In this document: positions 15,614-23,063 of the stretch, in pieces
Position numbering within the stretch: the stretch's first letter is position 1
Layout: the number at the start of each line of letters is the position of its first letter
NCBI RefSeq assembly: GCF_000186885.1
Contig: NC_014972.1
Span: forward strand, 1,650,001 to 1,682,000
Length of the DNA: 32,000 nt
Source: Desulfobulbus propionicus DSM 2032
GTDB lineage: Bacteria > Desulfobacterota > Desulfobulbia > Desulfobulbales > Desulfobulbaceae
Direction of reading: 5' to 3'
Made by a program: the position numbers and the translations under genes
The notes under the pieces: generated by a model
Seen by the model: the letters and a program-made list of their open reading frames with translations, nothing else
Told to the model about the DNA's origin: nothing
Databases searched by the model: none

Positions 15614-17242
15614 TCAGCCAAGGATGGTCTTGAGATCCGCCTCCGGGGTATCGATGGGTTTGATGTTGAAGGTATCCACCAGGAACTGGAGCACGGCCGG
15701 GGTGATGAAGGCCGGCAGCGACGGTCCAAGGCGGATGTCCTTGACGCCAAGGTACAGCAGGGTGAGGAGAATGGCCACCGCCTTCTGCTCGTACCAGGAG
15801 AGCACCATCGACAGCGGCAGGTCGTTGACGCCGCAGTCAAAGGCCTTGGCCAGGGCCACGGCGATCTGGATGGCCGAGTAGGCGTCGTTGCACTGGCCCA
15901 CGTCCAAGAGGCGCGGGATGCCGCCGATGTCGCCCATCTGCTTGTCAAAGAAGCGGAACTTGCCGCAGGCGAGCGTCAGCACCACGCAGTCCTTGGGCAC
16001 CTGCTCGACAAAGCGGGTGAAGTAGTCGCGGCCGGGCTTGGCGCCGTCGCAGCCGCCCACCAGGAAGAAGTGGCGGATGGCCTTGGATTTCACCGCCTCG
16101 ATCACCTTGTCGGCCACACCGAGCACCGCGTTGCGGCCAAAACCGACCAGCACCTGGCCGTTGTCGACGTCATCGGTGAACCCCGGCATGGCCAGGGCCA
16201 TGGCCACCACCGGCGAATAATCCTTGTCGCTGATGTGCTTGACGCCCGGCCAGCCGACCAGGCCGTTGGTGAACACCCGGTCCTTGTAGACCTCGCTCGG
16301 CTTCTGGATGCAGTTGGTGGTGAACAGGATCGGTCCCGGAAAGGTGGGGAACTCTTTTTGCTGATTCTGCCAGGCGGTGCCGAAGTGGCCGTAAAAATGG
16401 GGATATTTCTTCAGCTCCGGATAGCCGTGACAGGGCAGCATCTCGCCGTGGGTGTAGATGTCGATGCCCTTGCCCTCGGTCTGCTGCAACAGCAGTTCCA
16501 GGTCGTGGAGGTCGTGGCCGGTGATGAGGATGCACTTGTTCTTGCGATGGCCGAGCGGCACCGGGGTGGGCACCGGATGACCATAGGTGCCGGTGTTGCC
16601 GGCATCGAGCAGCTCCATGGCCTTGAGGTTGATCTCGCCGGCCTTCATGGCCACGGGCACGCACTGCTCGACGGTCAGTCCCTGGGCCAGGAGCGCGGTC
16701 AGGGCCTCGTAGCAGAAGGCGGCCACGGCCGGATCGGTTTGGCCGAGGATGGCGGCGTGATCGGCATAGGCGGCGATGCCCTTGAGGCCGTAGAGCAGGG
16801 TCTGCTTGAGCGAGCGGATGTTGACGTCGCTATCCAGGGATTCGATCAGATTCAGGGCCTTGCCCTGGGCGGCCAGTTCGGCGACCGTGCCGGCCGGGAT
16901 GAAGGTGGCGGGTGCCTCGGTGAACTCGGTGGTGCCGCCGGCAATCCCCACCTTGGCCTTCATGGCCTCGCGCAGCTCGACCGCCCGCTGGATCAGGGCG
17001 ACAAAGCGTTCCGGATCGAAATCGACGTTGGTCAGGGTGGAAAAGATGGCCTCAAAGGTAAACAGGTCGGTGGCCTGGTCGACAATGCCCAGTTTCCGTC
17101 CTTCGTGGGCATAGAGGGCCAGCCCCTGGAGGGCATGGATCAGCAGATCCTGTAGATCGGCAACCTCCTCGTTCTTGCCGCATACCCCGGCGATGTTGCA
17201 TCCGATCCCCTTGGCCGTCTGTTCACACTGGTTACAAAACAT
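15614..17242 (-). CDS. hcp: Hybrid cluster protein (hydroxylamine/NO reductase Hcp)
   Basis: MFCNQCEQTAKGIGCNIAGVCGK is the N-terminal Cys motif of Hcp. The 542 aa are collinear with class I Hcp (...TGHDLHDLELLLQQTEGKGIDIYTHGEMLPCHGYP...GGCDG...LACGKFRF...). Confidence 0.95.
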   Translation of the reverse strand: MFCNQCEQTAKGIGCNIAGVCGKNEEVADLQDLLIHALQGLALYAHEGRKLGIVDQATDLFTFEAIFSTLTNVDFDPERFVALIQRAVELREAMKAKVGIAGGTTEFTEAPATFIPAGTVAELAAQGKALNLIESLDSDVNIRSLKQTLLYGLKGIAAYADHAAILGQTDPAVAAFCYEALTALLAQGLTVEQCVPVAMKAGEINLKAMELLDAGNTGTYGHPVPTPVPLGHRKNKCILITGHDLHDLELLLQQTEGKGIDIYTHGEMLPCHGYPELKKYPHFYGHFGTAWQNQQKEFPTFPGPILFTTNCIQKPSEVYKDRVFTNGLVGWPGVKHISDKDYSPVVAMALAMPGFTDDVDNGQVLVGFGRNAVLGVADKVIEAVKSKAIRHFFLVGGCDGAKPGRDYFTRFVEQVPKDCVVLTLACGKFRFFDKQMGDIGGIPRLLDVGQCNDAYSAIQIAVALAKAFDCGVNDLPLSMVLSWYEQKAVAILLTLLYLGVKDIRLGPSLPAFITPAVLQFLVDTFNIKPIDTPEADLKTILG

Positions 17243-17357
17243 GGCACTCCTCCTTGTTTGGTTGTGTTGCTCTCTTCGTCCCTCTTGGCCGACCGCGGCT
17301 TGTTGCCGCTGGTTCTATGGTAAGGGTTTTCTGCTCTCTCTCAATGAAATAATGGGC

Positions 17358-17398
17358 AAAAAAACAAAAACAGCGGCGGTGACATGGTCTTCACCGCC
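17358..17398 (-). terminator. Rho-independent terminator after the HPP gene
   Basis: Minus strand reads GGCGGTGA-agaccatg-TCACCGCC followed by GCTGTTTTTGTTTTTTT. The stem overlaps the HPP stop codon. Confidence 0.65.
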
Positions 17399-17930
17399 AA
17401 AAATCCGGATATTTGCGTGTTTTGGGAATATTGTTGATCAGCAGGGCGATGATCAGCATGATGCAGGCGCCCACAGCGGCCGGCATGACTACATAGAGAT
17501 AGCCCAGCCGATGGACGCTGTCGCCGCCGATCACCGCGATCAGGGCGGTGGCGCCGCCAGGTGGATGCAGGGTCCGGGTGAGATGCATGAGGGCGATCGA
17601 GGTGGACACTGCAACCGCCGCCGCCAGCCAAGGCGTGCCGCCGAGCAGTTTATAAGCGGTCACACCGATAAGCGCCGACAGCACATGGCCGCCGAGCAGG
17701 TTGCGCGGCTGCGCCAGGGGGCTGCGGACAGCGCCGTAGATGAGCACGGCCGAAGCGCCGAACGAGCCGATGAGCAGGGTCAATCCCTGCGGATCGACAA
17801 GCCGGTGGTGCACAAGGGCCACCACCGCGATGCCGAGAAAACTACCGATCCATGACCAGCATACCTCGCCCAGGCTCACCCGGGGCGGGTTTTGCCCCTT
17901 GTTGCCGCGCATTTTGTGCAGATAGTTCAT
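17391..17930 (-). CDS. HPP family membrane protein
   Basis: ...LLGGHVLSALIGVTAYKL...LMHLTRTLHPPGGATALIAVIGG contains the eponymous HPP motif, and the protein has 4 or more hydrophobic helices. GAGGAT RBS. The start lies 10 nt after the CBS gene stop. Confidence 0.85.
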   Translation of the reverse strand: MNYLHKMRGNKGQNPPRVSLGEVCWSWIGSFLGIAVVALVHHRLVDPQGLTLLIGSFGASAVLIYGAVRSPLAQPRNLLGGHVLSALIGVTAYKLLGGTPWLAAAVAVSTSIALMHLTRTLHPPGGATALIAVIGGDSVHRLGYLYVVMPAAVGACIMLIIALLINNIPKTRKYPDFWR

Positions 17931-17939
17931 GGCGATCCT

Positions 17940-18545
17940 CTAGCGGGTGAGACAGTAGGATTGGACGAGATCGGTGCGGGTGACGATCCCGATGGGCCGT
18001 CCTTCGGCATCGACAATCGGCAGGCGGTTGATCCGCCGGTCGACGAACAGGGCGGCGATGGCGCCCATGGTGATTTCCAGCCCGGCGGTAATCGCTGGCG
18101 CGGTCATGATTTCGCGCACGCAATGGTTGCGCAGTGACATGGCCATGCAGCCCTTATGGGTCAGGCAGTGGGCGACAATCTGCATGAAGGTCAAGGGCGT
18201 CCCCATCCCCATCCTCGCAAGAAAATCCTTCTCCGAAAGCACGCCGGCCACCTTGCCCTCGGCATTGACCACCGGGGCACCGGAAAAGCCCTTGTCCGCC
18301 AGAAAGGTGGCCGCTTGGATCAGGTCCATGTCCTCGCTCACACACTGGGCTGGACAGACCATGATGTCCTGGGCGCGCAACGACTCCCTGAGCCGCCGCA
18401 GCGCATGGTTGTAGGCGACCTGAAAAACCTCGCGAAAATCCCCGGTGCTGATGTCGATGTAGCCCTGGATCTCTTTCATGGCGGCGAGCACGTCGGCATC
18501 GGCCAGCTCGATGGTGGTGCAGCAGGCTGCGGGTGGATGACTCAT
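17940..18545 (-). CDS. CBS-pair domain protein
   Basis: Two CBS motifs are present (...AATFLADKGFSGAPVVNAEGKVAGVLSEKDFL... and ...AALFVDRRINRLPIVDAEGRPIGIVTRTDLV). GAGGAA RBS. Confidence 0.85.
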   Translation of the reverse strand: MSHPPAACCTTIELADADVLAAMKEIQGYIDISTGDFREVFQVAYNHALRRLRESLRAQDIMVCPAQCVSEDMDLIQAATFLADKGFSGAPVVNAEGKVAGVLSEKDFLARMGMGTPLTFMQIVAHCLTHKGCMAMSLRNHCVREIMTAPAITAGLEITMGAIAALFVDRRINRLPIVDAEGRPIGIVTRTDLVQSYCLTR

Positions 18546-18643
18546 GGGCAGTTCCTCGATTGCGGTGGTGGGATGATATGTTCCATATCCTGTTCGAGTT
18601 GGACACAGGATGCGGTCTTGGTACCGCGTAACGGGGCGCTTGC

Positions 18644-18661
18644 AATTGACCTAGGTCAATT
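18644..18661. promoter_or_regulatory. Perfect 18-bp palindrome AATTGACCTAGGTCAATT (TTGAC-N4-GTCAA, CRP/FNR-family operator geometry)
   Basis: Read directly from the sequence. It is centred about 107 bp upstream of the CBS start codon (18545, minus strand), in the 257-bp gap between the SBP-like gene stop and the CBS start. Confidence 0.45.
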
Positions 18662-18802
18662 TTTCAGCAAATTTGTGGAGCCGGCGCGATCTGGCGGCCT
18701 CTCCGAGCCTCCGGCAGCGGGTGTTCAGAGGGGTGCCCGAAGCCGCAGAATCGATCGGGATGAGCATTGTATCCCTGTGGCCGCCGGCGCGACAAGGCGC
18801 GT

Positions 18803-19729
18803 TTAAGGGATGGTGCGGAGAAAGACCTGCTGGTAAAGATGGCGATAACGTTGCTTGCTGTTGGCGTCCAACCATCGTTCATAGGCCTGCCGATATCGTT
18901 CGCTGGGTCGCTCCTGGATAAGGATGGCGTTGATTTTGTCGATAACCGCCTTTCCCCATTCGGTTTTTGCACATCCCACGGCGCACATCCAGCCCTCGTA
19001 CCCTTGTTGATTTTCCTCGATCAGCAGGGTGGCGAGCTGTTCCCGCAGTCCGAGCTGTTCCGCCTGATACAGGGCCTCGTCGGGCAGACCGATCAGGCCG
19101 TCGAGGCGATCGCGCATCAGCATGGCGAAGAAATTGGGCGGAAGTTTCTGCCCCGTGAAGAGCAGCAGATTCTCCCTCTGGCCATGGGCCTTGAGCACAG
19201 CATCGACGCTGGTGCCATAGGACCGGTCCTTGCTGAATCCAATAGCCAGATCCGGATTGCCGAGCACGGCATCAAGGCTGATGCGCGGTCCGCCGCCGAA
19301 CCGCGCCAGTTTGTCCTTGCGGACGATCAGCGCCGCAGGCATGGTCAAAAAGGTGGGAATGGAAAAATGCATGAACGCTTCGCGCTCTGGGGTCCGGTAA
19401 AGCCCGACCATGCAGACGTGTTCGCCCTTCTCGAAGGCGCTGAAACGACGGATCGCGTTGGTGACCATTTCCTGGTGGTCATACTCGGGCAGACGTTGTC
19501 GAAGGATCGCGCTGACCACGTCGCCGTAGCCTTGGTTGCGGTCTATTCCTTCCTGGATGAGAAAGGGCGGCATGTCGACTTCCATCCAGGTGATCGTGTC
19601 CCGGGCACCGGCTGGAAAGGGCAGGGCGAAGACAAGGGCGACGAGCGTCATGGCGAGAAGGTTGGCGGCTCGCCACGACACCCATGGGCAAAACCGGCTG
19701 GCGGAGGTCCGCTGGCCAACGGTTCGCAT
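18803..19729 (-). CDS. Periplasmic substrate-binding-like protein (type 2 PBP fold; TIGR02285-like conserved hypothetical)
   Basis: ...ITWMEVDMPPFLIQEG...RNQGYGDVVSAILRQRLPEYDHQEMVTNAIRRFSAFEKGEHVCMVGLYRTPEREAFMHFS...GFSKDRSYG... resembles family-3 SBP-like proteins. The signal-like segment is LLAMTLVALVFALPFPAGA. The start is uncertain (ATG 19729, GTG 19681 or ATG 19651). The upstream part of the 454-aa track ORF is implausible. Confidence 0.6.
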   Translation of the reverse strand: MRTVGQRTSASRFCPWVSWRAANLLAMTLVALVFALPFPAGARDTITWMEVDMPPFLIQEGIDRNQGYGDVVSAILRQRLPEYDHQEMVTNAIRRFSAFEKGEHVCMVGLYRTPEREAFMHFSIPTFLTMPAALIVRKDKLARFGGGPRISLDAVLGNPDLAIGFSKDRSYGTSVDAVLKAHGQRENLLLFTGQKLPPNFFAMLMRDRLDGLIGLPDEALYQAEQLGLREQLATLLIEENQQGYEGWMCAVGCAKTEWGKAVIDKINAILIQERPSERYRQAYERWLDANSKQRYRHLYQQVFLRTIP

Positions 19730-19793
19730 CCCGCAGGCGCAGCTTTCCAGGGGATGGCGCGGAAGCCGGGCGCTGCGAACCGGCAGGCAATGA

Positions 19794-20318
19794 TTATCGA
19801 TGCCGGCCACCGCCCCGTCGGTCATCGCCCCGCCGGTCATGATCATGACGTTTGCCGTTGTCCCGGTATTCCTTGTGCACATAGACCTTTTTGGGCGGTT
19901 TGTGCTTGTATTTCTTGTATTCGTAGTATCGCGGCTCGTGAACGATGACCGGCGGCGGGGGCGCAACCACTCGGCGAGGATGGTACTGGCGGTGGCGCGG
20001 CACATACACCTCGTTGTACCAGCCGTCGTCAATGAAATAGACCGGCCGGCCGCAGGCGCCATAGCGGTCGCAGTACCTGTACCACTGTTTGACATGACCG
20101 GGCGGCACCCGCAGGTAGATCGGCGGATACCAGGTGGTGACCCGCCGGACAACGATCGGTTCCTCATAGATCAGCCGGGGGGCGGGATAGCCGCCGATAT
20201 CGATGCGGCCGTAGAACCCTGGTTCGCCCACGCTGATGGAAACACCGGCATGGACCGTTCCCACCATCGTCATCAACTGGATGATCGCACAAAAAAGGAT
20301 TGCCAATACTACGTTCAT
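19794..20318 (-). CDS. Secreted hypothetical protein with Pro/Tyr-rich core and highly basic tail
   Basis: ATG 20318 is preceded by GGGAGAG. The signal peptide is MNVVLAILFCAIIQLMTMVGTVHA. The core is PGFYGRIDIGGYPAPRLIYEEP...YLRVPPGHVKQWYRYCDRYGACGRPVYFIDDGWYNEVYVP and the tail is KKYKHKPPKKVYVHKEYRDNGKRHDHDRRGDDRRGGGRHR. From memory it resembles a conserved periplasmic family with a PPGH.K.W...C..Y.ACG.PVYF motif; this is unverified. Confidence 0.6.
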   Translation of the reverse strand: MNVVLAILFCAIIQLMTMVGTVHAGVSISVGEPGFYGRIDIGGYPAPRLIYEEPIVVRRVTTWYPPIYLRVPPGHVKQWYRYCDRYGACGRPVYFIDDGWYNEVYVPRHRQYHPRRVVAPPPPVIVHEPRYYEYKKYKHKPPKKVYVHKEYRDNGKRHDHDRRGDDRRGGGRHR

Positions 20319-20710
20319 GATGCTCTCCCTGACGGCAATGCCGTCAATGGTGTTGATCTCGGGTCCCGGCAGTCTGCGGGAGACAAGGGCTTCCGCGAGG
20401 TGCCGCCTGCGAACATCAAGCGGCGCGGGACGGCAGGTGACTCTCCCCTGCGGCTCCGTTTGGTTCATGAAACAACTCGTTGAAAACGAATGATTGAAAA
20501 GTGAATATAGTCCATCTCCCACCCGTCGCATAGGAAAAACGGCGGGGAACGGCGGGCCGCGGCGGTCAGTGGCCGGATGTGGTATTGGCCTCGCACGACG
20601 TTTGCCGACCTTCGTCCTTGGCCGGCTGGGCTGCCTGTGGTATAGAACACCGCCTGGACAATGGGGAAGCAGTTGACAAGGGGCGATACGCACAACCAAG
20701 GAGAACGTCT

Positions 20711-21043
20711 ATGGAAATAACAAAGATTGTGGTGACCGACCTGATCATGGCCGGCGGTCTGTTCGCGGAAGAGGGGTATGACGTCGAGCAGAGCGCCGAC
20801 AATCTGGCCGATCTCAAGGGGCAGATTATTGTTGGGTTCCTCGAAGAGGTCTATCCCGGCGTGGAAGTCTACGCCGACATCGCCATCCAGCGGAAAGCGG
20901 GACAGACGCGTCCCTTGGAAGTGCTGGCCTATTCCGAGACCAAGGAGATCGTGCCGAGTGTTTCCGCAGCTCTTCGGGAGCAGCTGGAGCGGCGTATTGC
21001 CGAGGCTTCGGCCGATCTGGCCTGGGCCGTGCGTCAGGAATAG
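20711..21043 (+). CDS. Hypothetical small acidic protein (110 aa)
   Basis: ATG 20711 has AAGGAG 7 nt upstream. It reads MEITKIVVTDLIMAGGLFAEEGYDVEQSADNLADLKGQIIVGFLEEVYPGVEVYADIAIQRK... No family recognised. The longer track ORF start (20579) lacks support. Confidence 0.5.
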   Translation: MEITKIVVTDLIMAGGLFAEEGYDVEQSADNLADLKGQIIVGFLEEVYPGVEVYADIAIQRKAGQTRPLEVLAYSETKEIVPSVSAALREQLERRIAEASADLAWAVRQE

Positions 21044-21069
21044 CCGGCAGGAGGCGCGTGGCCCAGGCT

Positions 21070-21088
21070 GAACGGAGGCCTTCCGTTC
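21070..21088. terminator. Possible bidirectional hairpin between convergent genes
   Basis: GAACGGA-ggcct-TCCGTTC (7-bp stem). It has no U-tract on either strand, so the call is weak. Confidence 0.3.
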
Positions 21089-21100
21089 GTGGGAGGACCG

Positions 21101-22228
21101 TCAAAATTCAAATCCGATCTTGGTGGTGATCCCGTATCCTTCGTCCTCGCCCATCCCCTTATCGGTCGAATATTCCTTGTCGAGGTAATATTCGAGGGTA
21201 AAGGTGGTGGTGTCGCGCAGCACCATGGACGCCCTGGTTTTGTACCGTTCCTCGGGAAGATACAGTTGCAGTGCGTCCGATGACTTCAGATAGCCGACGG
21301 CCAGGGTTGTCTCCCTGTGCAGCAATTCGGTGGAATACGCCAGTTCGCTGTTCCAGGCAATGGGGTCGGTTTCGCCATTGGTCACGGCCAGATCCGCCGG
21401 TCCGACCTCGGAATCGATGGCCCGCAGGTAGCCGCCGGTCAGGGTGAAATCGCGGTAACTCGCTCCAAGGGTGAGATTGACTCCAGACACGCTGTCGGTG
21501 GTGTCGTCATCCCCAATCAGGGCCATTCCCTTGGTGTCGGCGATATCCTGAATCCAGGTGACGCCGGCATTGACCGTGGCTTTGTCATCCATTCGGTAAC
21601 GATAGGCAAAGGGCGACTCGGTCCTGCCGCCGGTGCCGCTGTCGGCATGGACAGCCGAGGACCGACTGGGGTTACCGCTTTCCAGGAGGGAAGTGGTCAG
21701 TGACGGCGACACATCGTCCGCGCTCAGCCGCAGGGGACCCGGAACCAGCGGCGAGAAAAAATTACCGTAAAAGGGGTCGTATGTCCCGGCGTCGAGGTCG
21801 AGTGGTTGGATCTCGATGACATTTTGCCAGGAATCGACCCATTGCGCCCAATAAACCTCGCCGCGTTCGATCCGGTCACCTCCCAATTGGGCCCAGACCC
21901 ACAACAGCCGCTTGTCGGTAAACAGACAACCAAAGTGCGCCAGATCAAAGGGGCTGGCTTCAATATCCCCGGCAATGGTCCGTGCCAGGCTGTCATCCAG
22001 GAGTTGCTGGCCGAGAAGAACAAAGGGGCTGATGGTGTTTCCACCTCTTTTTTTGGCGGAATGGGCACGGGGTTGCTTCGGGGAGCCGGTGCCGCGCTTA
22101 TGGCGCGCATTGCCGACCTGTTGCTCTTTCCCTGTCGCGGTCGCGGCCAGCGAGGGACAGGGGAGGAGAAGGCACAACAACCCGGCGATGGTTGTCGCGG
22201 CCAGGATGTGATGCGGTCGGATGGCCAT
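21101..22228 (-). CDS. Outer-membrane beta-barrel porin, LbtU-like (putative siderophore/metal porin)
   Basis: Start at MAIRPHHILAATTIAGLLCLLLPCPSLAA (signal peptide). The C-terminal half has alternating beta-strand patterns and ends ...TLAVGYLKSSDALQLYLPEERYKTRASMVLRDTTTFTLEYYLDKEYS...GYGITTKIGFEF, with a terminal aromatic residue. From memory this resembles LbtU-family porins (...ALGYQ.S.EA..LGLPE.RY...LALEY..D.DY...). The upstream 104 codons of the track ORF are not supported. Confidence 0.6.
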   Translation of the reverse strand: MAIRPHHILAATTIAGLLCLLLPCPSLAATATGKEQQVGNARHKRGTGSPKQPRAHSAKKRGGNTISPFVLLGQQLLDDSLARTIAGDIEASPFDLAHFGCLFTDKRLLWVWAQLGGDRIERGEVYWAQWVDSWQNVIEIQPLDLDAGTYDPFYGNFFSPLVPGPLRLSADDVSPSLTTSLLESGNPSRSSAVHADSGTGGRTESPFAYRYRMDDKATVNAGVTWIQDIADTKGMALIGDDDTTDSVSGVNLTLGASYRDFTLTGGYLRAIDSEVGPADLAVTNGETDPIAWNSELAYSTELLHRETTLAVGYLKSSDALQLYLPEERYKTRASMVLRDTTTFTLEYYLDKEYSTDKGMGEDEGYGITTKIGFEF

Positions 22229-22538
22229 CAACGTTCGACAGGGAGTGGGTGTGGGACGACAACAAGGAGCCGCGTCCAAGGTGGCATGCTCATAACGCAG
22301 TAAAATATAAACATGACGACCAGAATGCAAGCTATCCCATGCATGCTCCTGTCCGCCGATTTTTGCGGACGGTCTTGATCCGCGTGTTGAAAGCGTATCT
22401 CCGGCGCGGCGGCGATCTTCTTCCGGATTTTGTTGCCTTTCAGACCGCTCAGCGGGACTTCCTGGCGTTATGGGGTAGCCAAATGTATCAAGTTGCTGTA
22501 TGGAACGAGAGCAAGTATTTTGCATGACCATAAGGCCC

Positions 22539-23063
22539 ATGATGAACGAGCAGACACAACTCAGTGCCAGCCAGGAAGATTACCTGGAGGCTGTGTACCA
22601 TATCGCCAGCGAAAAAAAGGTGGCCCGCGCCAAGGACATCGCCAAACGGCTCGATGTTCGCGCCTCCTCGGTGACCAACGCGCTGCGCGTCCTCTCCTCG
22701 CTCGGCCTGATCAATTACGCGCCCTATGACCTGATCACCCTGACCGATGCCGGGTTGACGGCGGCCAGGGAAATTGTCGGCCGGCACGAGGCCTTGGCCA
22801 ATTTCTTGGTCATCGTCTTGGGGGTCGATCCGGTCGAGGCCGATCAGGCTGCCTGCAAGATGGAACATTCGGTGCCCAAACCCATTGTCAATCGCTTGAT
22901 TCAGTATGCCGAATACATCAGCCACTGTCCGCGTGGCGGCATCACCTGGGATTCGGGATTCGGCTACTACTGCAAAACAGGCTGCGCCCCCGGTCAGTGC
23001 GAGCGCTCGCGACCCGGCGTTGTTCCGTCCCACCCCAAGCCTCCGGATGGCAAACCAACCTGA
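22539..23063 (+). CDS. DtxR/MntR-family metal-dependent transcriptional regulator with Cys-rich C-terminal extension
   Basis: LSASQEDYLEAVYHIASEKKVARAKDIAKRLDVRASSVTNALRVLSSLGLINYAPYDLITLTDAGLTAAREIVGRHEALANFLVIVLGVDPVEADQAACKMEH is the wHTH plus dimerisation/metal-binding domain of DtxR-like repressors. The C-terminus is HCPRGGITWDSGFGYYCKTGCAPGQC. Confidence 0.85.
   Translation: MMNEQTQLSASQEDYLEAVYHIASEKKVARAKDIAKRLDVRASSVTNALRVLSSLGLINYAPYDLITLTDAGLTAAREIVGRHEALANFLVIVLGVDPVEADQAACKMEHSVPKPIVNRLIQYAEYISHCPRGGITWDSGFGYYCKTGCAPGQCERSRPGVVPSHPKPPDGKPT

Noticed and set aside
15575-17155. 526-aa plus-strand ORF
   Set aside because: Antisense shadow of hcp, whose identity is unambiguous.
17243-17357. 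Search for an FNR/HcpR-type dyad directly upstream of hcp
   Set aside because: No palindrome was found. Only a weak sigma-70-like -35/-10 pair is present, which is insufficient to annotate as a feature.
22466-22484. Possible DtxR/IdeR operator half-match upstream of the regulator gene
   Set aside because: Only about 12 of 19 positions match the iron-box consensus and the second half-site is poor. It is mentioned in a finding but not annotated as a feature.
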